Source: Eledone cirrhosa
Taxonomy: Eukaryota
Length of the DNA stretch: 64,000 bases
Reading direction: 5' to 3'
NCBI GenBank assembly: GCA_964016885.1
Contig: OZ024751.1
Coordinates: forward strand, 45,322,001-45,386,000
A model generated the notes under the pieces. It worked only from the letters and a program-made list of their open reading frames with translations. It searched no databases and was not told the DNA's origin. Positions 14,501 through 27,727 of the stretch are shown here, one piece after another. Numbering within the stretch: position 1 is the first letter of the stretch; each line of letters starts with the position of its first letter. Position numbers and translations under genes: made by a program.

Positions 14501-16560
14501 GAAACCTGTCGAAAATGACTATCTTTGTAGAAACTTCACCAAACCACACCATACTACATCACACCAAGCTATTGATTTTGGTGTGACAAATTTTCATCTA
14601 GCATTTTTTTTTAAATTTTTTTTTTATTTTTTTTTTTTAGTGCTTAACACACAATTTGACATAAAAGGTGTTCGCAAATTACTATTTTATATACATATTA
14701 TCAATGGTTATGACATGGAAACCTGATGAAAATGACTAGCTTTGTAGAAAAAAGAGGGAGGATGTGGGTGGAAATACCATTTACAAAGCTAGTCATTTTT
14801 TATTGCAGCGGAAGTCATATTTTTGTTAATATGCTAAAAGCATAGTCTACTGCGAGCTTCTTGCAAAAATGAAGAAAAAATTTTTTTTCTAACATAAATG
14901 AAAGTGGAAATTTAAATCCTCACTTATCACAAAGCACACCACAGCACATTAATCTACCCCAATCCACACCATATACTTCACCATAACCATACTTCACTAT
15001 ATGGTAAATTTATTACAGAATACCTACTCCTATCATTTACATCACACCATGGTATGGAGATCAATGTGACAAATTTGCTACCTGCTTTTTTTTTTTTTTT
15101 GGTGGTTACCACCTCAAACTAACATCAAAGGTGCTTGCCAATGACTATTTCCCCACACATTATCAATGAATATGACATGGGAATCTATCGTTTACAATTG
15201 GTTTCCATTTCATAACTTCACCAAACCAAACCACACCATACCAAGTTACACCATACTACATCACACCAAGCTATTGATCTTGGTGTGAAACATTTTCTTC
15301 CCGTTTCCTTTTTTTTTTTTTTGTGTGTGTGCTTACCACCCAATGTGACATTAAAGGTGCTCCCAATTTACTTTTTTTTTCCACATATCAATAATTATGA
15401 GATGGAAACCTGTCGAAAATGACTATTTTTGTAGAAACTTCACCAAACGACACCATACTAAATCACACCAAGGTATTGATTTTGGTGTGACAAATTTTCA
15501 TCTGGCATTTTTTTTTTTTTTTTTAATTTATTTTTTTTTTTTTAGTGCTTAACACACAATTTGACATAAAAGGTGCTCGCAAATTACTATTTTATATACA
15601 TATTATCAATGGTTATGACATGGAAACCTGATGAAAATGACTAGCTTTGTAGAAAAAAGAGGGAGGATGTGGGTGGAAATACCATTTACAAAGCTAGTCA
15701 TTTTCTATTACAGCGGAAGTCATATTTTTGTTAATATGCTAAAAGCATAGTCTACTGCGAGCTTCTTGCAAGTTGATAGCACATGCAAAAATGAAGAAAA
15801 AATTTTTTTTCTAACATAAATCAAAGTGGAAATTTAAATCCTCACTTATAACAAAGCACAGCACAACACATTAATCTACCCCAATCCACACCATAACCAT
15901 ACTTCACTATATGGTAAATTTATGACAGAATACCTACTCCTATCATTTACATCACACCATGGTATGGAGATCAATGTGACAAATTTGCTACCTGCTTTTT
16001 TTTTCTTTTTTTTTGTGGTTACCACCTCAAACTAACATCAAACGTGCTTGCAAATGACTATTTTCCCACACATTATCAATGAATATGACATGGGAATCTA
16101 TCGTTTACAATTGGTTTCCCTTTCATAACTTCACTAAACCAAACCAAACCACACCATACCAAGTTACACCATATTACATCGCACCAAGCTATTGATCTTG
16201 GTGTGAAATATTTTTTTCCCGTTTCGTTTTTTTTTTTTTCTGTGTGCTTACCACCCAATCTGACATTAAAGGTGCTCCCAATTTACTTTTTTTTTTTTCT
16301 ACCATTTACATCACACCAATGCTCGCAGTTGACTATTTTTTCACATATTATGAATGAATATAACTTTGAAACCTATCGTCAATGATTATCTTTGTAGAAA
16401 AATGAAGGCAGAAAGTGGGTGGAAACACCATTCACAAAGCTAGTCATTTTTAATTGCAGTGGAAATCATATTTGTTGTTAATATGCTAAAAAAATAGTCA
16501 ATTGCAAGCATTTTGGAGGTCGGATTAGTTGATAGGACATAAAAAAAACAAAGGAAAACA
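11560..16560. repeat. ~900-bp higher-order tandem array (~5.5 copies), each unit carrying a hairpin
   Basis: The marker aaatgactagctttgtagaaaaaag...tacaaagctagtcatttt recurs at ~12044, 12938, 13839, 14729, 15634 and (degenerate) 16381. Confidence 0.95.
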
Positions 16561-16574
16561 AATATTGTCTATAT

Positions 16575-16676
16575 GTTCCTGTGGAAAGTCGGGTCTTCTG
16601 TATTACTGTGTGACGCCCGAGGTCATGGTCGTGTGTCATTGCCCTTGAGAGGTGCAATTGAGAAAGGTCGGCTTAG
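16575..16676 (-). mobile_element. Short RTE LINE fragment (end of ORF)
   Basis: Aligns by eye with 18765-18860 within the RTE copy and, in reverse, with 60068-60155. Confidence 0.6.
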
Positions 16677-17252
16677 AAATATTTACTTCTGCATTCACAG
16701 ATTGATTTATTTTTAGTTTCAGAAGATCCCATTAAGGGTGAAAGCAGCCGATTCTTTGCTTAAACTTTAATCTGTTATTTTAATAAATATTTGCTCTACG
16801 GTTCTTATATATTTGATATATATTTATCCTTATTGAGCCCTCTTTGGATGTTAGTCTTCAAATTTATTATTATTACTATTTGGCTCCCTTGACTGAGTAC
16901 TCTATTGACTTATATTCATAATGCAGAAACATCTGAATATTTCTACAAAGAACATACCCGTACCAAGCAGGAAGAAGTACCTAAAATAACGTCTCCACGA
17001 ACCAAAGTATCGCCTTCCTGTCTTCCTTCGGTTGCAACGTTTTTCGAAATATTTACTTCTGCGTTCACAGATTGATTTTATTTTTTTAGTTTCAGAAGAT
17101 CCCATTAAGGGTGAAAGCAGCCGATTCTTTGCTTAAACTTTAATCTGTTATTTTAATAAATATTTGCTCTACGGTTCTTATATATTTAATATATATTTAT
17201 CCTTATCGAGCCCCATCTGGATTTTAGTCTTCATATGTATTATTATTATTAC
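16677..17252 (+). repeat. Two direct copies (~200 bp) of an interspersed repeat, possibly a Penelope-type terminal repeat
   Basis: gaaatatttacttctgc...cagaagatcccattaagggtgaaagcagccgattctttgcttaaactttaatctg occurs at 16677 and 17046. Other pieces occur inverted at 50918-51040 and 57865-58040. Confidence 0.7.
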
Positions 17253-17330
17253 TATATATATATAATGTGTGTATGTGTGTATATATTTGTTTATATCCAT
17301 ATATGTCTATATATATATACACACACATCT

Positions 17331-17695
17331 TGAGAGCATTGGCCTTGCAATCGAAAGGTTGTGAGTTCAATTCTCACACCGGGTGATGTTGTTTCCTTGA
17401 GCAAGACACTTTATTTCACATTGTTCCAGTTTACTCAGCTGTAGAAATGAGATGATAGGACTGGGGTCCCTATCATTCCACAGCAAAGTGGATCGTGGAG
17501 GTGCCACGGCAAAAAAGCACCCAGCCGACACTGTAAAGTGGATGTGGAGGTGCCACGGGAAAAAAGCACCCAGCACTCACTGTAAATGAGGTTGGTGTTA
17601 GGAAGGGCATCCAGCTGTAGAAATCAAGCCAGAATCGGTTCCCATCCCACCCTTGCAAGCAGGGAAAAAGTGGACGTAAAATGAAATGATGAATG
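17331..17695 (+). mobile_element. tRNA-derived CORE-type SINE with RTE-like tail (5' truncated)
   Basis: B-box gagttcaattc, CORE-like tccttgagcaagacactttatttcac, tail ggtgttaggaagggcatccagctgtagaaa. Confidence 0.85.
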
Positions 17696-18028
17696 CTCCC
17701 AGCTGTGGTCACCCCCATAGTATCAAACTAACCATGGAGCTTGAAGCAATCCTATGAAGCTACACCAAGAAGGTTGCCACGATGAAGGAGATAAACTACT
17801 GGGAGAGTCTAAAAGAACTGAAACTCTACTCCTCGGAATGAAGACGGGAGAGATATGCAATGATATACATATGGAAAATCCTGGGGGGACTAAGACCAAA
17901 CTTTCGCATTGAGAGCTGGACCAACTCTCGAACAGGACGTCACTTTGTGGTACCAAAGGTCCCGTCTTCCACATCTAGAATCAGGAGCAGCTATTGCAAT
18001 AGCCTGGGGTTCAAAGGCCCTCAACTTG
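17696..18028 (+). mobile_element. CR1-clade LINE C-terminal fragment
   Basis: Translates YWESLKELKLYSSE*RRERYAMIYIWKILGGL..., the typical CR1 post-RT region, with an in-frame stop. Confidence 0.8.
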
Positions 18029-18097
18029 GTTTTCAAAATATAAATTTGTGTTTCCTATTCATCAAAGCTTTAAGCAAGCTATAAAACTGTTATATTT

Positions 18098-18475
18098 CAT
18101 CATCATCATTTTATGTCAGTTCTTCTACGTGAGCATGGGTTGTCCTGTTGTGGACAGTGTCTGGTCGGCTGACCTTGTCTTGCTCATACGGGAACTGATT
18201 CTGTCTTGATTTCTACAGCTGGATGCCCTTCCTAACACCAACCTCATTTACAGTGAGTGCTGGGTGTTTTTTTGCTGTGGCACCTCCACGACCACTTTGC
18301 TGTGGAATGATATGGACCCCAGTCCCTACCATCTCATTTCTACAGCTGAGTAAACTGGAGCAATGTGAAATAAAGTGTCTTGCTCAAGGAAACAACACAT
18401 CACCCGGTCCGAGAATTGAACTCACAACCTTTCAATTGCAAGCCCAATGCTCTAACCACTGAGCCATGTGCCTTC
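18098..18475 (-). mobile_element. tRNA-derived CORE-type SINE
   Basis: Reverse complement of the same family, with A-box tggctcagtgg, B-box and (GAT)n tail. Confidence 0.88.
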
Positions 18476-18479
18476 TGTT

Positions 18480-19425
18480 GTTGGCAATGTTAGGTCAAGT
18501 GACCATGTTTTGCTCATAAAGAACTGATTTTGGCTTGGTTTCTACAGTTGGATGCCCTTCCTAATGCCAAGCTCATTTACAATGAGTACTGGGTGCTTTT
18601 TGTCGTGATACCTCCACGACTACTTTACAGTGTGGACTGGATGTTTTTTACCGTGTCACCATCACGACCACTTTAGTGTTTCAGCCTGTTCTCATGAAAG
18701 ATATATATTGGCGGGTGGGATGGAGTGGTGCATACTGTATGTATGTTTCAGCCTTGGCCTGGGCCCGTGGGAAGTTGGGGTTTCTGTATTACCTCCTAAC
18801 GCCAGAGATCTTGGTCCTGTGTCATTGCCTTTCAGAGATGCAATTGGGCAAGGTCGGCTTTTATCACTTCATCTCAAGTCTTTCTGGGACTTTATGTAGC
18901 TGTCATCCTTCATACGAATCACATGTCCATACCAACATAATCTCCTCTCCTGCACACATTTAATTCCTCTTACGCCTAGTTTCTCTTTCAGTTTGTTTAT
19001 GCTTTGCTGTTCACGTATATTACTATTACACATCCATCGGAGCATACAAGCTTCATTCCTTTCTAATCTACGCAAGTCTTCTACACACAGCGCCCAGCTC
19101 TCACTACCATGCAACATTGCCGTTCATATGCACACATCATACAGTCTACCTTTTATTCTGAGGGAAAAGCCTTTTGTATCCAGCTGTGGCAGTAGCTCCC
19201 TCAACTTCTTCCAGAACACCCACCTCCGCTGCTAATTCGGTATTGTTTTTACCAAGTCCTCCCAGACTTTGATGTCACTTGTTTTCAGTGATTGTTTGCT
19301 GCTTACTGTCACATGTAAAGCCTACATTCTTAACTAAACTTCCTGAGATCCCACTACATCTCTTGTGTACCCATAGTTTGCATATGGGGAAGAGGATGGA
19401 GTTTCTACGTACACCTCTCCTACAT
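18480..19425 (-). mobile_element. RTE-clade LINE fragment (Cys-rich insert, RT C-terminus, 3' UTR)
   Basis: ORFs [28 protein letters not shown]...ERRLCWYGHV and GVRRNSI..CKLWVHKRCSGI; same family as 2715-3386. Confidence 0.85.
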
Positions 19426-19471
19426 AATGAGCACACACACATATATATACACACACTCACATATATATATA

Positions 19472-21307
19472 CTAGCCGAATTACCCGCGCCTTGCTGCGT
19501 TTCACACATTTTTTTTGTAAGAAAATGATGATTGATTTTAAATCAGTGATATAATTTATGGAGAAAAACTCAATATTACTCAATGTAAAATATAATGCAT
19601 GAAAAATTGGAAAACATCATTTTTTGTAATATATCAAATCAAAATTGCATTATTAAATCTTATTCTTATTTTGTTTCTTGTAAATAATTTTTTTCAAAAT
19701 ATCAATTGAAAACTTTTGTAAATAGGCATCATATCTTGTCATTTACCTATGGTTTAAGTTTCATATAAATCGAAGGGGAAAAGTTTTCAGCGGGGGTTTG
19801 TACCCCCAGGGAACCCTAATAGGGGGTTTAACCACCATTAAGATGTCTTATGATGCATATTCACAAAATTTCAATTCTATATTTCTTCATTTATCTATGG
19901 TTTAAATTGCATATAAATCAAATTATTTTTTATTTTATTCTTTTTCTTATTTTTCCATGTTTGTTAAATAAATTCCAAAAAATCGAACTAAATTTAAATT
20001 TCGTAATAAAATTTCCATAAAAGTTAATGTTTACAATACAATAAAATGTAATAAAATGTATTGAAGTCGACGAAATGTGGACCTTCATTTTTGAAAGATG
20101 GATAATGCTATAAGCAGACCTTACAATATTGTACCACAATTTTCCTTTGTGCAAAAGTGGGCAGCCGAATTTAGGAAAGGATAGGGGATTCTTGAAGATG
20201 ACCCAATGTCCTACAACTGCCACTACCGAGGAAAACATTGATCTCAGTACTGCAACACCGATGGAAGAAGTGTGTGGAACTCAAGGGAGACTATGTTGAA
20301 AAATAAACCTCATTTGGTCACATTCCATGAGAGTATCTTTGTCAACCCTCGTATCTTTGTCAACCCGCGCAATATACGTAAAGATACAGAATTGCGGGCA
20401 CTACAACGCTATTTATTGTCATATTTATTGGTGAAAAAAAAATTTGATTATAAAACTTAAATTTATGAATGACTTGTTTTCTACATTGATAACCATGACT
20501 TGTTTTCTAATTAACTTAAATTTGTTTTCTAATTTGGCCCTTTTAAGGGCCACCTATATTTTCATTTAAGTAACTCCACTTACATCGATATGCTTTATAA
20601 CCATGACTTGTTTTCTAATTTGGCCCTTTTAAGTCTTCCCTCTCTCTCTCAAAAAAAAAAAAAACGCGTGAAAACTCCACTTACGCGTGGTAGTAATACG
20701 GAAATAAACGATGTTGACGAGTGACGTCACCTTCGCCTGTTTTCCACTGGACTGACAGCTAATAGCGTTGTAGTGCCATTTATATACATACATGCAGACA
20801 TATATACATATGTTTACAAGTATATTTATATTTGTACACACACACAGACACATGTAACTATCGCCTGCGAATACTTTTAAAGAAATATCACGAAGTTCAG
20901 GTTTTCATTTTACTTCGTTATTTTTCATTATCAATGTTTTATTATAAAGTTGTGGATGTAATTATGGCGAATACATAGTCGTTTTATTAATTAATTTATT
21001 TAGTTCGAGATATTTTTACCTGGTAGAGCGCCTATATGAATCTTGGTGTCGTTCTGTATGTTTACATATTTACTTGTTCCCAGGCAGTAAAAGTTATCCG
21101 GTTTTGCACACCCGCAAAGGAAAAGAGATGGGGTGAGAGAAACAGAAAGAAGATAGTGCTGTAGTAGGAGGGGGGGGGGTAGCTCTCTGTGTGCTTACAG
21201 AATTACTTCCCCCTTGACCGTAAAATTTATTTGATTTTGCACACCCGCAATTTTATTCCAGGAGAGAGTGTAGTGGTAGGAGGGGGTGAGAAATACAGAG
21301 AAGCCGC

Positions 21308-21339
<32 letters not shown>

Positions 21340-21535
21340 GGATAGGTAGCGATAGGAAATAAGGCAGCGTTTCCGTCTCCTTAAGTGTTTTCTGGAAAGC
21401 CATGTGAGTTTCTATTTCATTTATGTAAATAATACGTATTAAAAAAAATATATCGGTGATTTTGTAATGTCAACAAAGAGAGACTTCGAAAGTTCACGTC
21501 TTTTGAACTAATCTCTCCTTTTTGCTTTATATATT
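19472..21535 (-). mobile_element. Possible non-autonomous Helitron-like element
   Basis: Minus strand ends ...cgcagcaaggcgcgggtaattcggCTAG|T, a GC-rich imperfect hairpin shortly before CTAG, inserted in an AT run. The distal boundary is a guess. Confidence 0.4.
20149..20245 (+). pseudogene. Mariner transposase N-terminal HTH fragment
   Basis: VQKWAAEFRKG*GILEDDPMS/(frameshift)TTATTEENID matches the mariner motif W..F..G...LED.PRSGRP..TT.ENI. Confidence 0.8.
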
Positions 21536-22744
21536 TCTCTCTCTCTCGATATAAATATATTGTATCGTTGGCCTTGTTGTTTCCGTTTACTTTTCGTATA
21601 TATGCGCGCGCGTGTGTGTATATATATATATGTATATGAGTGCGTATTTATGTATGTGTGTCTACACTATTTATACAGAGAGAGAGAGAAGTTGTAAAAA
21701 TGTTACTGTTATATATGTATCTACTTGAGCTAAAGCCAAACGATAATGCTAATTCATTGATGTTTGTTTTGGCCTTTTCTAGGTTACCTTCTTCGGTTGA
21801 GGTTGTCGGTGATTTCCAATGAAAGAATATATTTAGTTGCATTTGCACTTATTGGCCTGCAACCAGAGGCATTACAATATAACGGGTCTTTTAAAAAAAT
21901 ATTTAAATGTTAGATGAATACATAGCTGGGAGAATAACTGAAGAGGTGGATGGATGAGTGGATAGATAGAAAGATAGAGTGACAGATAGCTAGATGGATG
22001 GATGGATGTATTTGCAATTGTTGGCTTGCAACCACCATTACAATAAAATCGATGTTTTTCATATGGATATATAGCTGGATAAATTGATGGGTGGAAGGAC
22101 GGTTAGATGGAAGGATGTGTGAAAAGAAAGCTAGCATGATGGATAGATGGGAAAGACTCATGTTTCTCTAAAAACCTGGGTATCTAAATATACCAAAGAA
22201 ATCAAGGAAATCACTCAATCAATGGCAGCAGCTTCCTATCAATTAATTGATCATCAATCACCATTTAATGTCTATTTTCCCATGCTGGCATGTGTTGGAT
22301 CAGTTTATAAGCCAATCCCAAATCCAGGGCTTCTCACTCCTGCTGGAGGAATCCCTTCCTTTGTTGATCATCAGCATGACATCTGGCCTTTGGCTGCCTT
22401 AATGTCTGCTCTGTCACTCTAATAGTCCACCTGTACATAAAGTAAAGAGGTAGTCATGGGATTCTAACTCTTCACTATCTATACCCACTCTGCATCAAGT
22501 ACTACCTTGATTTGTGGTCTTCTTGGTCCCTCGCATCATCATTAATTGATCTAACCTGAATGTAAAATACAATTAAAATTACCCACAAACACGATTAAAT
22601 GTAATAGTAGCCAAATCTAACATAAATAGCTAAATCTGAATGTAACCCGTCTAAACCTATGCTAGCGTGGAAGATAGACGTTAAACGATGATGACGATGA
22701 ACTACATCGATATACATATAGGTGTGTATATGTGAGTGTGCAAA

Positions 22745-23242
22745 TACATCCAAGCCGAAACAAATGAGATCGTGTAGGTGTCACGACAAAAAACACACAG
22801 TCCACGCTGTAAATGTGGCTGTGTAGGCAACACGGTAAAAACCTCCCAGCCCCACACTGTAAATGTGGTTGGTGTTAGGAAGGGCATCCAGCTGTAGAAA
22901 ACCCGCCAGACAGTCCACGCTGTAATGTGGCCGTGTAGGCAACACGGTAAAAACCTCCCAGCCCCACACTGTAAATGTGGTTGGTGTTAGGAAGGGCATC
23001 CAGCTGTAGAAAACCCGCCAGACAGTCCACGCTGTAATGTGGCCGTGTAGGCAACACGGTAAAAACCTCCCAGCCCCACACTGTAAATGTGGTTGGTGTT
23101 AGGAAGGGCATCCAGCTGTAGAAAACCCGCCAGACAGTCCTATGCGAGCAAGACAACCACTCTTGCTCAAGTGGGAAAACCCCCGTCCAAACCCATGCAA
23201 GCGTGGAACACGGACGCTAAACCTGATGATGATGATGATGAT
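22745..23242 (+). mobile_element. RTE 3'-UTR/tail copy with an internal 118-bp triplication
   Basis: Nearly identical to 3125-3386. The unit acagtccacgctgtaa...aaacccgccag is repeated three times. Confidence 0.85.
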
Positions 23243-26200
23243 ACATACATAGACGTATAGATATAGGTGTGTCAACAAAGAATGGAGAAAAGTTGCTTTT
23301 TCTCCTTCCTCATCCACATATTCCTGACAGGGTTGTGCGGGCAGGATCCTCAAACACTCCTTCTAGCAGGTCCAGTTAGAAGCAACCGTCCCCAAGTGAG
23401 ATCAACCAAGTTCATGCCATGAGGTGTAGTCATGCATTCAAAATGTAGCTAACTAACAACAACCACTGTAAACGTGGTTGGTGTTAAGAAAGGCATTCAT
23501 CTGTAAAAATCCCAGCCCAAATATAGTTAGTTCTCTTTGAGGAAGGTATGACATGATCAACTGGCCAGATTTGTCACATAACATGGACGACCCATCTAAA
23601 CCATGCAAGCATAAAAAAATACGCATTAAACGGTGATGATGATAGGTGTGTATATATATATATATATTTATTTAAATCAATGATTTGAAGTATCGTCTTT
23701 GGTTTGTCACTTGATTTTTTTTCTTGCATTCCGTAATGAACGAGTGTTATACCTACTCCTATTTATCTGATTGTGTGTATATATATATACACACACTATA
23801 TATATATATATATAGCTGTGTGTGTATATATTAGATAAAAGAGATTAAATTAAATTAACGACAACAATAATCTTGAATTTTGTTTTGTGAGATGGGTTTT
23901 TCTTTTCTGTTTATTCTGGCTTAAAAAAAAACTTGTTTCATTTAAGAAGATTACATTTAGAGGGGAAATAATTGAGGTAATTTATTTTTTTTTTTTTAAG
24001 AAATGAAGAATTCTTTTTAAACAAATGAAAAAAAGTTTCTTTAAAAGGAAACATTTAAAAAATTGTAAAGAAATGAAAAAAAAAAAAAGATTTTAAAGTC
24101 AAAACTTAAAGAATTAAAAAAAAGAAAACGAAAATATTTTTTCTAATTAATGAAGAAATTTGTTTTAAAGAAGAATTCTTTATTTCTTTGTTTTAAATTT
24201 GATTCTTTGACAAGATGTTAAGAGAAATGTTAAAGGTTGTAAATAGCTAGAATGAAAGACATGGGTTAATGTTTCAGGTGGTTAAAGTTGAAAAATTGTG
24301 AGAATTATTTTGAGATTTACCAACAAAACTAAATTTTCTATAAAAAATTTATTTCATCAAAATGTGAGACTTACTTTCAGCTGTATATAAAATATTGGTA
24401 TGTATGTATATATTTATTTCAATAATCAGTGTTATCAATATCAAAGTACTCATGTATAACTCACATCTTTTTCCAAGTAAAACCAGCATGTGACTTATCT
24501 ACTAGACCTACGAAAATCTCTATTAAAAAATATATATATGGTATATTGTACATGTTATATGTAAAATGGGGGTGATGGGGGATGTGACTTATCTATCACT
24601 AATGTAATTTATACACAAGTATATATGGTGTGTTTGTTTTGAGATTCTAAATTTTCAAAATGTTTTGTTTGTGTAGATTTAAACAACAAATTGTTTTACA
24701 AGATGGTGTGGGGAAAAATAAGAGGATGGGGGAGAAACAATATTTTTGATTAAAGACAAAAACAGCAAAATAAGGATTTAGCTAGTATTTATAAATATAT
24801 GTCTAGTTTATGTGGGGAGGAGGGGGGGGGTTAGTATGGGAGGAGAGAGGTATTTAAAGAAAAAGATTTAGTGAGAGAGAAATATTGTCTGACAAAAAAA
24901 TTTAGTGAGAATATTGGAGCAAACATTTGAATTTTTAATGTGATGCACTCAGTGATGTTTTGTACTTTTCAAGAATATCTTGCTAATGTGGTACAGGATG
25001 TTAATAGTTAATTAAATATGTGAAGGTTGTTGTGGAATTGGTGGGATTTAAGGTGGGTAGGTGGGAGTAACATTTTCGAAAAATAAATAAAAAAAATTAT
25101 GACTGAATGTTGTTTGATCCAAACTAGGGTTTAGTTGGTCCTGTGGATCAAACCACTTGGTGGAGTGAAGTATTGGGAGATTGTAAGAGAAGAGTGAGTG
25201 ATGGATAGTAATAGAGATGGATGATTGTGTGTGTGAGAGAAGAGGATGATGGCTAGCAGTGAAGAAGGGGGATGACTGTGGAGTGACTGGATTTAGACAA
25301 ATCTGCTGCCATCCCTCGTTACATAAAGTCATGATGGAAGAGAGGTATGCGAGGTTAAAAAGGTAGCATAAATGTATGCATGTCTACATATATCTTTATA
25401 ATGTGTGTATATGTATATCTTTATAATGTGCGTGTATGTATATATTATTTGTTATAGTACAGTATGTTAATATCTTTATATTGTTTGATATAACACAGTA
25501 TATATGTTTATAGTCTATACAGTCTTGCTGTAGAACAAAACTAGAGGAATATACTCCAAATTCTTGGCAACATGACATAACTAATTTTAATTACTACACT
25601 TTGATATTTTGTAAACAGAAATTATTCTCCATCCATTGTTATTAAAGAGGTGAAAGTGTGTTTACCTCTGTTGCTTGAGCTAATCTTAAGAAACCTACTC
25701 CTTTCATCTCAGTGTATAAAATAATAATCCTGCATATGTGTATATATTCAAGCACCCAGTACACTCTGTTTAGTTGTAGTGGTGCTGATGGTGCCACGAT
25801 AAAACACACCCAGTACAAGCTGTGAAGTGGTTGGCATTAAAAAAAAGGATATCCAGACATAGAAATCATGCTAGAATGGAATGTATGATTAAGATATGAT
25901 CAACTGACCAATCTAGCCTCAGAATGTAACAACCCATCAAACCCATGCAAAACGATGGTCATTAGAGTTCAGTTTATGTCTTCAGTCACTGAAATACCAA
26001 GAAGTCTCTAACTTCTATTACAGGAAACTGGGACATTATTCTGAGGACGGTGAGTTGATTTCCTTATTTGGCAATTAATTTGACAGTTAACAGGAAACAA
26101 TAAATACAGCAAAACTATGTTCAAACATACATATACAGTCACACATTTGTGTGTGTACATATTTTAGACATATACAGACACATATGTATACACATATATA

Positions 26201-26973
26201 TAATCATATACACACACATATCTGTGGCTGTACCAATGTGTATATGTTTCAGACATATGTATCCACATATAAGCATAGTTGTTTGTGTGTCAATGTGTAT
26301 ATATTGCAAACATAGTCATATGTATATAATCATATGCGCACACACACATACCTGTTTGTGTGTGTTTCAAACATACATATATAGACACACACACATATAT
26401 ATATACATATAATGCCTACCAGTGTGTGTATCAGTGTTTATGTTCCAGATATACACATATGGACATTTATATACCCACATATACATATGTAAACACACAC
26501 ACAGATAACTGCATGTATGTCTGAAGCTTCTAGAATCATTGCAAATATATCTGTAAGAACTAATAAAGTATATATTTAATATATTGAGTAGATTATCTTT
26601 AAACACAAACGACCACCAATCAGTGTGAGTGTGTTGTATATGAGTGTGTATTTCTTCACAAAATAAGAAAAAGAGACAAGAAGCTGACCAAACATAATTT
26701 CTTCTTTAGTTCTATATTGTTCTAAGTTCTTACATATTTATATTTCACTTCATCCATTACATTATATCTCGCTCTAATACACATGTACAGCCCTTCAGCT
26801 CCAGTGTTTCACTGCATCATACACTCACTCACTCTCTCTGTATATATACATACAACACATAAGTTTATATATAAATATATTTCACTTCGACACACATGTA
26901 CAGTCTCTCAGCCCTAGTGTTCCCCTGCATCAAACTCTCTTATCTTCATTAATACATCCCCTTCTTATTACAT

Positions 26974-27010
<37 letters not shown>

Positions 27011-27727
27011 GTCGTTGCATGCATACACATACATTCACCACACCTACAATTATACATCACTTTTCTCACAGCTTTTGCTTGCATAGCAATAAACAAATCA
27101 CCAGTCACACACACACACACACGTGTGAGTGTGTGTGTACACACATATATATATATATAAAGAGAGAGAGAGAGAGAGAATCTGTGGTGCTGAGACCACA
27201 CTTGGAATTTTACCTACCTCTCTCTCGCTATATATATATAAATAAATATGTGCGTGCATCTATGTGTATGTGTATTTAAAGAAAAATAGTTTTTAGTACT
27301 CATTGACCCACAAGTATAAAAATGTAGAAATGTTTTATCTCTCATAAAAAATCATACATTCTTCTAATTGATGAAAATTCAATTTTCATTAAACAATGTT
27401 TTTGATTATATTTCCTTGTCTTTTTTTTTTTTTTACAGTTTATGCTCTACTCTTATTAAAAAATAATTTTGTTGTTGTGTTGCCTGATTTCAATTTTTCA
27501 ATCAGATCAACACCATCTCATTAAATTCGTCACAGTCCTCAATAGGTAAACTTTGTTATAGTTTCTTTATAGAGGTTTTAGTCCACACTTCACTGGGTGA
27601 AGACAGCTACATTATTTAACTGCTATCAATTTGTTGTTTCACGGCCAACAACACACAAGCTATTGAAACAGATATTGAAAGCGGTGACATATTTTGGCCA
27701 CATTTTTTCCAAGATAACAGTTTGTTG

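Noticed and set aside
11560-16560. CRISPR-like array (regularly spaced palindromic repeats)
   Set aside because: The intervening sequences are near-identical rather than unique spacers, the period is ~900 bp, the context is eukaryotic and there are no cas-like ORFs.
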